NCBI GenBank assembly: GCA_053919585.1
Contig: CM132795.1
Length of the DNA stretch: 64,000 nt
Source of the DNA: Euprymna scolopes
Lineage: Eukaryota
Strand: one strand, 5' to 3'
Both the position numbers and the translations under genes were made by a program. The notes under the pieces are model-generated. The model had not been told where the DNA came from. It searched no databases and was given only the letters and a program-made list of their open reading frames with translations. This document shows positions 40,410 through 54,000 of the stretch, piece by piece; positions within the stretch are counted from its first letter, which is position 1, and each line of letters starts with the position of its first letter.

Positions 40410-43400
40410 CTATTTTTTTTTGTTTATTTTTAACTCTTTCAACCTTGTCCATTGGAGTCAAGAATTTTCCAACTGCATATCATCGAAATGCAGGAACCGG
40501 ATTGTCATGGATAATGACTAATTATGCCTTATAATTCTGGTGCCTGGTCGTCCACAAATGACAGGAAACACTACACTACAACATCTAACAGTGTCTAGCC
40601 ACTACTGTCAATCAGCTGGTCACATGCCATGTTATTTATAGATTTCCAACTATATTATTGTTTGATTCTTCTATCAAAACATCAACCGCCTTTCACTTTT
40701 CCTCATCCATATTTGAAACCGATGGCTACGGGTCAATCATGTAAATAAAATGAACACTATTTCTTGTGCCAGCACCAGTATCTGAATTTTCTAAAATTCG
40801 CAAATGCTAAATTCTCTTCTGGAATGTATATTGGTCAGTCTCCTCTTTTCAACCAAACTGAATAGGATATTCTCTCCACCTTTGGTAAATACCAAAGTTA
40901 AGTTGGACTTTGTATTGGAGCTCGGGAAAATACAAGAGAAAATTTTAAGCAAAAGGGCAAGCGTCGGACAATTATCAGAATCCGATTCTAACACATGAGT
41001 TTTGCAAATATGCCATTTTTAAGTAGAGGCAGATTGTCGCCTCTTATCAGGTTTATCCAATGACAGTAAAAGCTTAATGTTAATCTGGTGACAAAAGGAA
41101 AAAAATGAAAATGTGACATTGACAAGTGCTGAACAGAAAACAATCGACATAAGAAATATACAAAACATTCAGTTCAATCGCAATTCCTCAGGAAATGCAA
41201 GTGGATTTTTATTGAAGCTCAAGCCTATGCACATAATTTCCGATCATTTTTCAAATGAGACATGTGGATGGGACAAGACATATGCAGGGAACATGTGTGT
41301 GACAAAGATCCATTTCAGACTGAAGATGAACGCTGAGAAAAAAGTTATGGAAAACATCTTGAATTCTCGGATATGTGACCTCTACAAAGGGGAAAGTGAA
41401 ATTAGGCAATTTGCACAAACAATATAACCTTCACAGAAAAAATTGTTATAACAATAACAACCCCCACATAGTGGACCAACAAGAGAGGAATCCTTTGATT
41501 TAATTGAAATACTTGCAAGTGAATCCAAATGAATAATCAAATTTCCAAAACTGCCTATGAAATGCTTTATATGAAGCTGGAGATAAATTCAAGCAACAAA
41601 TGTTGAAACAAGATGAACTAAATGTTACAAAAACTACAGTAGTTATCAGAAAATGCCAAATGTAATGTTGAATACCAAAATAATATGCTCCAAAAATACA
41701 ATCTCCTCATAAAAAACAAGAACATAACAATTATTCCAATTATATCAGATCTCATAACAAACCAAAATAAAGCTAAATCATGCGTAACACAATATTTCAA
41801 TAGAATATTAAAAACAAATCTTTGTGGACAGATTTTTTCCTCCAAATGTTTGGATGTCGTATGCTTAATGGAAACCATGATCATAAAAAATTGTACCTCC
41901 TACTATTTTATACAGTTGATTGACGTATTTATAGCATGAATAGTAAACTAGGGGACAAATTGCATACCTTAAGTATATAAAGAGGAACTGAAATTTATTT
42001 TTTAGCACTACTTATCAAGACCCAAACGCCTCTTGATTAAATGAATGTCATGTAATTGAAGACTTGGAGTAAACGCGGATCAACAAGAATTTAATTCCAT
42101 TAGATTTGTAACCTGGAAAGTAGTCTCATGGTATTGTTTCATAGAAAGGCAGTTTCGGGAAAGAAACCTTACTCATGGAAGTTTACTTTTCAACATTATC
42201 CCAGAAGCTAAAAGCCTCGTCAGAATTTAAGTATCTTGACAATATTCCAAGAAGAAACATGGCAGAAATACAAATAATCGATCTTAAAGAAACTATGAAA
42301 ATTCTTAAAAGCATTCGGTTAGAATTTTTAAGTAGCAAATGATTTGTAAGAATGATGCATATCTGCTAATAACAAATGAGAAAAATTTTAATATGCAACA
42401 AAAATTAAATACTAATGGAGCATCAGGTGTTACATGGCTAATGATGAATAGTAAAATTTACAAAAGCAAATCCTCGTGGGCAAGAACATGCTTGCAATTT
42501 TATCAACGCTATGCACGACCATCTGTTCCATCCAATCAGAAAAAGATCATTATCAAAATCTTCAAACAAAATGGTTGGGAGTTTAATTAGTCAAAGGAAA
42601 TAGGGAGAAGTAGAAAAAAATGCCACATTTGGAAAAATAACTCTTGCTTCTAAAACCACATACTTGCATCCAGCAACAAGATTATATTCCGCAATAGAGC
42701 GGTGCCATCAAATTACATTCATGGCTTACATGTGAAAGGTACATCACGGCAGATGAAGAAATAAATACTTAATGTTATTTTAAGAAATGCCTCCATATCA
42801 AGGAAGAAATATAATTGAAGGGCCAAAATGCGCACAACAAATGTCACACAACACTAGAACCAAAAATAAAATATCAAAAAGATCACCCAATCTAATCACC
42901 TTTGCAAAAACGCTTAAATGCTCAATTTTACATAAAAAAATTATACCCCCCCATACAATATAAATAGTTGAACTGTTTCAAGACTGTCCGAGATAATTGA
43001 AATAGTACGTGATGAAAGTACTCGTACAATTGCCCTTTTCCGTTTTTATTTTTATTTATTTTTTTTTTTAGACAATAAGGACTAAGCTTCTTTGAATTAT
43101 CAAGGAATCAATAACTGAAAATGATTCATTAAAAAAAAAAAAACTGAAGCCAAAACCCTATGAGAACAAGATAGCTGAAAAAACCCAATGCATCTGACAA
43201 AAAGAAAAATCGGAGTATAATAAAAATCGTAGATGACACCTCGCAGAACTTGTACCAAAAATAAGCATTACGAAACTCTTTCAACTCTCAAGATACAATT
43301 AATATAATCCGTCTTTACGAAAAGGGAATTCTATGAATTTATTACGGAAACTCACGCCGCTTTGTCATGACGATGTTTCTAACGAATTCAATCATCCCCA

Positions 43401-45180
43401 GGGTACCCTTTCTATATAAAACAATGATTCTGCAGAAAAGTTAGAAATCTCTAGAGGTAAACCATAGTAATATCTTTATTCAAACTCGGAAAATATAATC
43501 AAACACTTGTCCCACTAAAACCTGTTTCAAGTCTATCAAAACACGTTTCAATAACTTGAAACAACCTGCATATGTAAGGTGTAGAAAAGGGTGCTCAATG
43601 GAAGGCTATCATAGTACTTTTTAAATCGAATCGAAAACTAGAATTGCAATCGGATTTCAGAAAAGAAGCATTAGAATTCTTTTTTGGAGAATACAGAATT
43701 GAGATCCGAGACCTTGGATTGAAAAGCTTGGAACATTCCAGTCCAAACATCTTTAGAAATCCAGAAGTTTAAAGTATCAGCAGAAACTAATTTTTTTTTT
43801 TTTTTTTACATAAGCTGAACAACGGATTAAAAGTATCTTATTAGCGACCCTTTTCAGGATCAAAATAGCATTGTGACAAAACTCGATTCTGTAATCAATT
43901 GGTCACTGCATGTGAATGATTTGCTGACAATCAAAATATACGCACATCCGTAGATTATAAGAATGCTTGAATAAGATCCGAAATGAATTGAAGAAACTGT
44001 TTCAACTTATCGAAAACAAACGAAGTATCTACATGTTTACAATCTTTATAAGACTATAGAAAAATAAGAATTTCTGTCTTATAGGAAATTGACATTTACA
44101 TTGAAACTTCATTCTGATGAAGGACTATGAATTTGCTGATTGAAACTCCATGCAAATCGCTACGACCCTTACACCACCACCACGAAAATAGGGGGTTTGC
44201 ACCCTAATGCATTAAAATTCGATTCTGATGACTGAGCAATTTCACTTTGACCCTTTCAGCTAGAAAGATCGGAGAGGCCCTATCTAATTGCCAGAATCAA
44301 TGTGAATAAGGCTATCATCTGTATACAATTTTCTTAGAGCAATGTATTGTAGGCGTTTTGTTTTTGTTTTTAAATGATGCAATCTTCTCAGAATTACTCT
44401 TAGAATGAATTTTTACAATGTATTCTAGAATACATAATTATCTAGCCTATGCAATTTCATTTGCCAACTTTAATTAGTATTAAATACCCCATAGATGGTT
44501 GATATGCCGTAAACCGAACTAATCTGGTTTTTATGATGCAATAATATCCTACTTCAAAAATTAGGAACAATTTGACACAAACTCGCACTGTTTTCTGCAC
44601 GGCCCTGAAGACCCTCTTTGAAAAGGAAGGAAATGAAATTCCTCTACAAATAAGATGCAAATTTATCGCTCAATCTGAAAAATGTCCATTAAACCCTGCC
44701 TAAGATTACGTTAATATATGGAGGACTGTAATCACGTACACTAATCACATTTTACAAAAACTGCAATATCTTGGCAATTACAATAATACGCGTGTATACT
44801 TTGTCAACAAGGTAAAAGGACAAAATATGCAATTACATTTCAATATGAATTTTGAAATAAAACGTTGCTAAAAGTACATATCTCAATCTAAATATTGATA
44901 ATCTAACATGCTTTCTTAAACACAACAACGGAGAAGCAACTACCAAAATGTTAATATTAAGCACATAGGCTGTAGATATATCTAGTTCGGGAAATGATGG
45001 AAAATAGGACTGATGAATAATTTATAAAACTACAAAGGAGATAACCCTCCTAGCTTTGTTGGTCACCATCTTTAATTTTCTTGATTCCAATGGCCAGGGT
45101 AATAAGACGGGCGTTTAAGAACGCCATCGGAATTTTAATTTTCATTATAATTATCCCGTTTGTGAAACCATTGTAATTGC
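40410..45180 (+). pseudogene. Putative endogenous viral element / env-like pseudogene resembling a class III fusion glycoprotein
   Basis: Sustained A-rich plus strand with long frames broken by few stops; hydrophobic start (LFLTLSTLSIG); CGW..YAGNMC...ICDLYKGE(S)E...TI*PSQKNC; LSTLCTTICSIQ; YLHPATRLYSAIERC; several N-x-S/T sequons; terminal hydrophobic AIGILIFIIIIPFV. Family assignment is by remembered motif spacing only. Confidence 0.45.
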
Positions 45181-47539
45181 CTTTTATATTTAAAACATGA
45201 ACATTATTGGCTGTTTTCAGATAATTTTGGATTATTGAAACATTTTTTATGGTTGTTGTATGCACTAACATTGTTTTTTTTATTTTTTACCTGTATCTAT
45301 TAAGTGATGCATTGTTTTAATGCTTCATAACTGCATGATGAATTATGTAACCTTGTATATGCTCCCTGTTGGGTATTATTGTAAAATAAAATCTTTTTGT
45401 TTCTAAACAAGACCATTTAGTTAATTCTACCCATCCTTTTTCATTTATTTTAGCAGGATGCAGGAATATTGTTTTATCTTGGAAAGGATAAAATTGGCAT
45501 TTTGTGTATGGCGTTATCTTTTATCATTAACTTTATATTCCGCCTTATATATATATACACGATTTTTTTTTTTTACATCTGCGCAATTCGACACAAAGAA
45601 ACCTGATCTGAGTTGCACATGTGTAAATCCTATTATATGCAATACCCTGACATATGTACACATTTTTCTCATAATGGCATGGACCATATTCCACAAATGT
45701 ATAACTTGTATTTTGCATACAAGTTTTCCATGACATATGTGCAATACATAGTATTGTATTTTGCAATTTTATATCTAAATTTATATTTTCAAAAATGTTA
45801 CTTTCACAACCAGTAAATTTTTCTTTAATATTTGAAAATTTGGGGCATAATTTCTGTGGTATCTTTGAATTTCGCTCCTTCTAAATAACTGAAATATTTT
45901 GAGTTCTAGTTTCCTTACGTTTACGTCACATCTTTTAATTCAGATGTCATTTTGGTCTTGGTTTGGCTGCAAAAAGATTTTATAATGCTTTGTAATATAG
46001 GGTGATGAAAAAAATATATTTTTTACTCTGCCGTTCACTTTTGTACAATTAAGTTACCATGATCTATTTGCATAAAAGCAAGCTGTTTAAAATATGCTCT
46101 AAATGGACACGACGGAATTTGATGTAAGCTGCGCATGTACAAAATTGTTGATCACTTTCTTCTGAAGATTCCTGATGTTTGCCATAATTCCCATTAATTT
46201 CACTAATTGTTTAATCGTTGTGGTACACAATATGGAGGTGTGTTCACATCTTGCTTTTCGATGTCACACAGTAACATTGAAATTTTCGAATAAATAAAAT
46301 ATCTGCAAAAGGTTACTTTGATCATGACGTGTTGGCAAGGAATATTTTTCTAATATATTTTGCAAAATGTTAACTATTATATTCTGAAGAGTTTTATATA
46401 AAGTGGGTTCTGTTCATTTTCTTAAATGATAAATTGAAGAAATTGACCTTGCAAAAACATTTATACAAAATTGTTTTAGAAATCTAAAATTTTGCTTCGA
46501 GGTTTTATATATAACTTGACAAAATACTTTTTAGGGTTGTGCTTAACTAACTCCGATATTTGTGTCAAACTTAGATTTTAAACCAAAATGTCTCTGACCT
46601 GTTTGAGTACTGGCAAGTCTAATTTGGGAAATACATTACATAATCACAAAAGTAGCTGTAGAGATAGCTGTTTATCGACCAGCCTTTTAGATTGGTTAGC
46701 ACCAGTTTTGATACTGGTCCAGTCTTGAACCTGGTAGATTATCAGTATAATACAATTTTATGAGAAATATTGTAACGTAGTCTTTCTATTTTATTTGTAT
46801 TTCTGACTGAAAATGTTCCGACTGAAGATCATGTAGTACTTGAACGTTTTTGCAGTATCAGGAGTCCGTTTTTGTTTTCGATTTATGTTGGGAATTTATA
46901 CCTGACGAATATGCAAATATCTTTTTGTAATTATTTTCATTTCGTTGTTTTACTTTATACGAAACTGAGAAAGGACGATTACATGGAAAGATAACTTTGA
47001 TAGTTGCCTTTTTTTTCTTTTTTTGTTAAACTCCCTTTTCATTCTAATGACCGTAGAGATATGTGCTTTTGAAAAGCTTAAATAATACACCTGATTCATT
47101 AGAGCATGTTTTTGACCATCTCAACTGGATCTTTATAGGAAGCAAGACAGCTTTTTGAAGTATTCTTTTGAAAACCTAAAATAGTTTTGAACTTCCTTTT
47201 CATCAGATTTGTCTGAAACAAGCCTTTATGAAATTCAGTACAGTTCCAGCAAGCCCGACCATGAAAAACGAGGAATTTAAGCCGTCTTGAGTGTAATGGA
47301 ATTAGTTTTTATATCTAGAATTCACTTGAAGGTTTTAAGCTTCGTATAGAAATGCAATACTAAGTGAATTTTTTTTTTCCTCAAAATATTTTGTAAAAAG
47401 AAAAGTAAACATTTTCATGCACAATGTATGCTACATGAATTTTTATTCCAGTCCGTCAATCCCCCCCCCTCCCAGTAGTTAGTCGCTTGTCCAGACTGTT
47501 CCACGATATAACACTAAATCATTTTTCTGTTTTAGTGTT

Positions 47540-47800
47540 CTATATATGGAAAATAGATTGGGGGTGGAAGGATCTGAATGCTCAACGTTTCGTCCAATTT
47601 ATGCGGGCTTCTTTGAGAGGGTCAGAAGATTTGGGTGGAGGAGCCGCATGTTTTTTTATGTAAATTAGATGCCTATATAGATTTTATCAGGGAAAATAAT
47701 AAATTAGCGTAGTGATTTGAAAGATTACGTCTAAAAATAGTCATAAAATAAATATGTTGATAAAATGATAAATTAATTGGGCTAAAATATCAGATTTAAA
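47540..47800 (-). repeat. Solo Penelope-type terminal repeat with degenerate hammerhead
   Basis: Reverse complement aligns to 55735-55895; contains ctc-tcaaagaa-gcccg-cataaat-tggac-GAAA-cg-TT-gag. Confidence 0.7.
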
Positions 47801-47820
47801 AGATTGCATCCGGAAATATA

Positions 47821-48640
47821 ACTTACTTGAGCCCCTGGAGAGGCATAGGCCATTCACAACTGCCCACCAACGTCCACGGTGCTGGGCGATTTGCTCCTAC
47901 TCCCTCCAGGAGTAGCCGGTCAGCTTAGTGTCTGCCTCCAGGTGTTTTTTGGTCGGCCTCTTTTCCTCTTTCCCTGAGGGTTCCAGGTAAGGGCCTGGCG
48001 TGCGATATTCGTTTGTTTCCTCAGGGTGTGCCCGATCCATCTCCTTCGTCTGATCTCTTCTGCTGGTACTTGGTTCTCTCCCAGAGATCTGCATTACTGA
48101 TGGTAGTTGGCCAGTGGATCCTTAGCATTTTTTAAAGGCACGAGTTTATGAAAGCCTGCACTCTTCCGATGGTGGTCCTTGTTCTCTGTTTCTGCTCCAT
48201 ACAGTAGTACTGATTTGATGTTGGAATTGAACAATCAGATTTTTGTGCGAGAGTTGATGAGGTTGGATCGCCAGATGTTCTTGAGGGCTATGAAAGATGC
48301 TCTTGCTTTTCCGATACGGGTCTTAATGTCTGTATCGGTTCCTCCCTGCTGGTTGATCACTCCCAAGGTATGTGACGGTCTCAACCTCTTCCAAGTTTTT
48401 GTTGCCCAACTCCACTGCATTTTTGCTGAATGCATTAATTTTCAGGATCTTGGTCTTGTTAGGGTGTATGTGGAGGCCAACTTGAGAAGCGTGGACTGTC
48501 AGTCTAGAGGTCTTGCTCTGCATTTGTTGTTGCTTGTGGGAGAGCAGAGCGAGATCAGCGAAGTCAAGGTCATCCAGCTGAGTCCAGAGGGTCCACTGGA
48601 TTCCATCTCTCTGTCCATCCGTTGTCCGCCTCATTACCCA
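47821..48640 (-). mobile_element. RTE-clade LINE 3' fragment
   Basis: GIQWTLWTQLDDLDFAD, DIKTRIGKARASF, RWIGH; (AAGT)n tail at 47821. Confidence 0.9.
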
Positions 48641-48645
48641 GTCAA

Positions 48646-49512
48646 TCTAGAACCCCATCTTCCAACGTAGACCTGGTGCTACCAGATCAGGCTGCCTATT
48701 GGCTTTCTGAGACGAAATGCACATACATCGATTTCTGTTTTTGTTTTCTACTCTATTTTGTAAAACTTATGTTCTACAAAAACAAAACAAAATAAACAGC
48801 CCCTTCCCTCCCCTTTTTTCTTTCCCTACTTCCCGGTCCTGGATATGTCCTTAAACTATATCTGATGGTGAGGTCCTAGTTTGCGGGCTTTGGGGAGCGT
48901 GGAGTCACCCTTTAATTGCCATTGCTCCCAGGTCCACTCTGACCTGGAGTGGTAGTACCTGTTAGGGTCCCAACTATGGGTTAAATAGAAAGAAAAAAAT
49001 ACATTCTATTAAAAAACTATTCTTCAAAATCTGGTCAGATTCCACTTTACCCAGTGGTCCTGGATATGCCCTTAAACTATATCCGATGGTGAAGCCCCAG
49101 CTTGTGGGCTTTGGAGTGTGGAGCCACCCCTTAATTGCCATTGTTCCCAGGTCTATTCTGACCCAGAGTGGTAGTACCTGTTAGGGTCCCAACTATGGGT
49201 TAAATAGAAACTTTTTAAAAAAAAAAAAAAAAATCAAATGTTCTATTAAACTTTTTCTTCAAAATCACTGGATCGGCATTAAATGACCTAGAAAAGGTTG
49301 ATATGCCGTAAAACAATCAATCCAACGTAGACCCCTACTACCATGTCTCCTTCAACATCAGGAATCTACGTTCCAACATTCCAGAGGTTGAAACTGAATT
49401 ACAGGAGATGAAACCGGACATATTCTTTCTCAGCGAAACTGGAATAGGGCCGACCACTTCCCTAGATGAGTTCATAATTAACGGATACTCCAACTAAACA
49501 TCTAAATCTGAT
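48646..49512 (+). mobile_element. 5' fragment of the same LINE family as 1-1765, split by an insertion
   Basis: 48646-48673 and 49321-49512 match the reverse complement of ~1565-1762 (NIRNLRSN...LSETG APE start). Confidence 0.85.
48674..49320 (+). mobile_element. Composite insertion: ~160 bp unrelated leader + two tandem SINE-like units, 13-bp TSD
   Basis: TSD tccaacgtagacc at 48661-48673 and 49321-49333; SINE units begin at 48835 and 49056. Confidence 0.85.
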
Positions 49513-50159
49513 TTATTTTACTACAATCGCCAGTTTTTTTTATATGGGAATTGCTGATTGTGCCGAATAATGGGGTTAGTTTTGCGATGGTTCGTGATAT
49601 CTTATGGGTGACGCTGCTAATGCCAGAGATGATGGGCGTATTGGATTGCTATTTTTGTTTTTTAGGTAGACCATATAAGGTCGGAATTTTGGAATGATAT
49701 TCTATATAGGTAGTCCATATTTTAATTTCTGTAAAACCTAAATAAGACAGGTATTCAAATAACAAAACTAACCTCTTTAACAATTAGGGATCTAACACGT
49801 AAAATTATGACTAATACCAACACTAATATCTAGGCCGAAATATATTCCATACCCTACCTTGTTTGTGGAACAATATACGTAGAAACACAATGTAATTTTA
49901 AAAGAATATATGAACACGAGAGATGTGAAAAACAATGACCTCAAAGCTATATTTTGTCACATAGAGAACGACCACCATTTTAATTTTAACAAAGCGACTT
50001 TCCTTAAAGACATAACATATCTGCACGACGTTTGAGTCAACTATAACCTCCCAATCCCGCAATATACTTAAACAAAGGGGTTTTCCCATGTTGCTCACTA
50101 TCTGTCGAAAATAATTATTGAAGAGAATAACTTAGATATAGGTTACACATTATATATAT

Positions 50160-50892
50160 ACTAGCAAAAGTACCGGCCGTTGATTGGGTTCAAAAACAGC
50201 CTACAGAAAATGGACTCTGATTTAGGAAAGTATGATAGGTTATGAAAAGGAAGGGCTGTAAAGAGATAGTTTCGAATTTGGGGGCGGGTATCAAAACCAA
50301 AGCAAAATATGATGAAAGTAAAAATAAAATAGATAAACGCCATAATTTATTATACCATACCTGTTCATACTGAAACACTTATCACAATATTCTGTGGATC
50401 TATATTAAAAAAAACTTGTTAAACTTTGTGACATATCTCTATTCTATGGAGGTCAGGCGCGAACGAACGCCCCATAATTTTATAATACCATATTTCTTAA
50501 AATTGAAACATAATTATCAAAGAATACTTACGCAGATAGATATGAAGTTTTTATTAAAGTTTGTGCCTATTTCCACTCTATGGAGGCCAACCACGAACGC
50601 AGACCCCACAATTTTATTATGCCATCCCTATTTAAGTTAAAACATACTTATCAAAGTATTATGTACATCTATATGAAAAACATTGGTAAACGTTTTTTAA
50701 TTTTTAAATTTATTTCCATACTTTGTCGACCAGGCGCAAACGCAGACCTCACAATTTTAATGAACCACCGTTCTGCCAGATCACATATCCATTCCTGTGT
50801 CTCGATACATCTATCATTATGTGATCGTTTTTCTATAATAGTCACCCATATAGGAGCCTATTCGTGACAAGACAGAGCTTTGTATATATAGT
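50160..50892 (-). mobile_element. Non-autonomous Helitron-like element with three internal repeats
   Basis: actagc terminus with subterminal ccggccgttg; three cgaacg.a.acc.ca.aatttt units (50455, 50590, 50735); homologous to 10500-10660. Confidence 0.65.
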
Positions 50893-51019
50893 GATTGTCA
50901 CTTCTTGACAGAAGACCATCTTTCTCTTGTTTTATTGTTGACTCATTCATTTTCATGTATTTTTGAAATTTTTTAAAAATTTATATACACATATATACAC
51001 TTATACATATATACATGTG

Positions 51020-54000
51020 GAGATGTGATCAAGATATATCAATTCCTATTTTCTGTGGGAACGAAGGTGGCTCCTCAGATCAGCCCTGCTATTACAATCT
51101 GTTGCAAAGGTCATACTTAAGCTGAGATTGAGGGATGCCAACTGGTGCTGCTCTACTGTGGAGGCTCATATGACGCTTCAGACCTCCACTCGATTTACAG
51201 ACTACAGAGCAAACAGAACATCTGTACCCTGCAATGTTTTCCCCATCAAAGATTGATCTCCATGTGAACGGGTAAAGTCATTTTATCACATAAATCAAGT
51301 GTGGTTCTGCATGAAATCCTCCAACAGACCTGATATATCTGACATTTTCTTCCGGATATCACACTTCATTTTTGCATGCTCATATTTTTTCTTAAAACTA
51401 TCACAGCCATGATAGACCAAGGAGCGCCACTTTTTAGGATCATTGGAAGCACTTTCCCAACTGGACACGTCAATACCAACAGCTTTAAGATTATCTTTGT
51501 TTTCCTTAAAGCGTTTCCTCGGTTTATATTGTGGATGCTTTCCTTGTGTAATTTCACCATAGAACAGGCGCTTTGGCAATCTATTGTCGTCCATCCTTGT
51601 CAGATGTCCAGCCCACCTTATCTCGATATAAGGTTTGTCAGCTCGCATAAGAACTTCCATATCAGGTATAAAAGTGCTCCACCTGATGCCAGAATGTCTC
51701 TGGAATTTCTGGTGCACTCTCTCCATGACTTTTGTGTCTACCATAAGTTGTCCAGGCCTCAGAAGCGTAAAGCAGGGATTGTAAAATACAAGACTGATAG
51801 ACACTGATCTTTGTATGAATAGTTATACCCCTGTCAGACCATACTCGCTTCTCTAAGCCACCAAAAGCCTTAGTGGCAGGCTGTATCCTATAGTTGACCT
51901 CAGCATCCAGGGTTCCATCTCTGGCTAGAGTACTACCCAAACACACAAATGTGTCAATCACGGCAAGTCTCTGGTTGTTGACAAATATTTGGTTCCACAT
52001 AAAAACTACCGCGGGGAGGTGTGAACATGACCTTAGTCTTAAGACAAATAGTAAGCCCAAAAGACGCACAGGCCCCCGAAAACAGATCCATGATACCCTG
52101 CATATCCATCTCACCATGGGCCACAAGATCGGCGTCATCCGCATAAAGCAATTCACAAACCAGGTGCTGAAAGGTCCTTGTAAAAGCATAAAAACGACGA
52201 AGATCAAAGACCCTGCCTGTGGTTCTGAAATGCAAATAAACACGTAGAGAACATTCCCTAAAGGCATACGATAACATAGTTGCAAAATAAATTGAAAAAG
52301 TGTAGGTGCTAGGATATCACTCTGCTTCACATCATTGTCAACCGAGATGGGTTCTGATGGGCATCCGTTGAAGTTCAGACGAGCCTTCATATTTGTGTGG
52401 AGCTCCCTGAGTAATCATAGAAATTGAGGTGGACATCCCAACTTCCCCATAATTATCCATAGGGCACTTCTGTTCACCGTATCAAAAGACTTAGTCAAAT
52501 CAACCAAACCCTGATAAAGAGGAACATGGTGTCCAGTACATTTCTCCTGCAACTTCCGAGCAGATATCATGTCTGTGGTTCCTCTGCCCGAACAAAAGCC
52601 ACTTTGGCTTTCTGGAATGACGGATGGACAAATATACTTTAACAATCTATTGAGTAGAACTCTGGAAAATACTTTGCCAACTGCTTCCAACAAATTTATC
52701 CCACGATAACTTCCACAGTCGGTCCTAGAGCCCCTTTCTCTTGTACAGTGATAGAAGAATTGCATCAACCCAATCCTGATGGACGGGAACACCCCTCCAG
52801 ACATCGGTGATAAGATGAAGAATTTCATGAACAAGTTTATCACCCCCATGTAAGAGGACTTCCACAGGAATACCATCAAGCCCTGGAGCCCTCCCAACGT
52901 TCACTTTCTTGATTGCATCTCTAATTTCATTCTCGGATGGGAACACAGAAATTTCATGGATAAGCTTCTGTTGTGATTAAAATTCATTGATGACGTCTTC
53001 ATCGACATTAGAGGGGTTGTAAAAGAGATCAGAATAATGCTCGGTCCAACGAAGGAGCATCTTGTTAGGATCCTTTATAAGGGCAATCCCATCACTTGAG
53101 AGTAGGGGAGATGTAGAGTGTTTGAGGACAAATCTTTAAGCAAATGGTACATGCGTTTGAGGTCTTTACAATTAAGTCATCTGGATTTGGTTGGCGACTT
53201 TAGCCCACCACTAATTCATTTGGTGGAGTCGCTTTTGGAAAATACCCTTGTTTGCTTTAAGTGACTGTTGGGGGGACTCTCTACCTCCATGACAGGCAGA
53301 CATCTTATGATGCAACTCATTTTTAGCACTTAAGAGTTGAGTAATTTCAGAATCATTATCATCAAACCATTCCTGATGTTTAGATTTGCAGAAGCCAAGA
53401 ACATCCTTACTTATTTCATAGATTGTATTTTTAAAATACGCCTACGAGCCATCAAAATCAGCAGAATTAACTACGGATCAAAGCTTTTCACATACACTTG
53501 GATCATCCAGCCTGGACACATCAACCTGCCTGGGAATCCCAACACCACCAAACCTACACTTCCTCCTTATACAGATTTTCAATTTCCCACGTACCAAAAA
53601 GTGATCTGTGCCGCATTCAGCTCCACACATAACCTGCACGCTACAAATCTGCCTTCCTGGAAATAATGTAATCAATTGACCTTGTTTATAAGCCTCTTTG
53701 TTGCTGAAGAAAGTGTTACAAGGTCAAACTGAGTGCATAGATGAACATGCAGACCATTACTGTTGACCCTACCTTGACCAAACCGGCCGAGTGAGTCCCA
53801 GGTGTGATGATCCTTGCCAACCCTTGCATTTAGATCACCCATGAGTAAGATCTCAGATAAAGGAATAGAGGAAATGGTACGACTGAGATCTTGGTAAAAC
53901 GCTGTGATGGTATCTTCATGACCCATGGTAGGGGCATATACAGATAAAATCGTCATATACCTACTGTGTGCAAGAGGGAAGCGCATCATAATTCTGCCAC

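Noticed and set aside
44110-44150. ctgatga...gaaa hammerhead-like core
   Set aside because: No convincing stems I-III or cleavage triplet, and it lies inside the decayed coding tract; likely chance.
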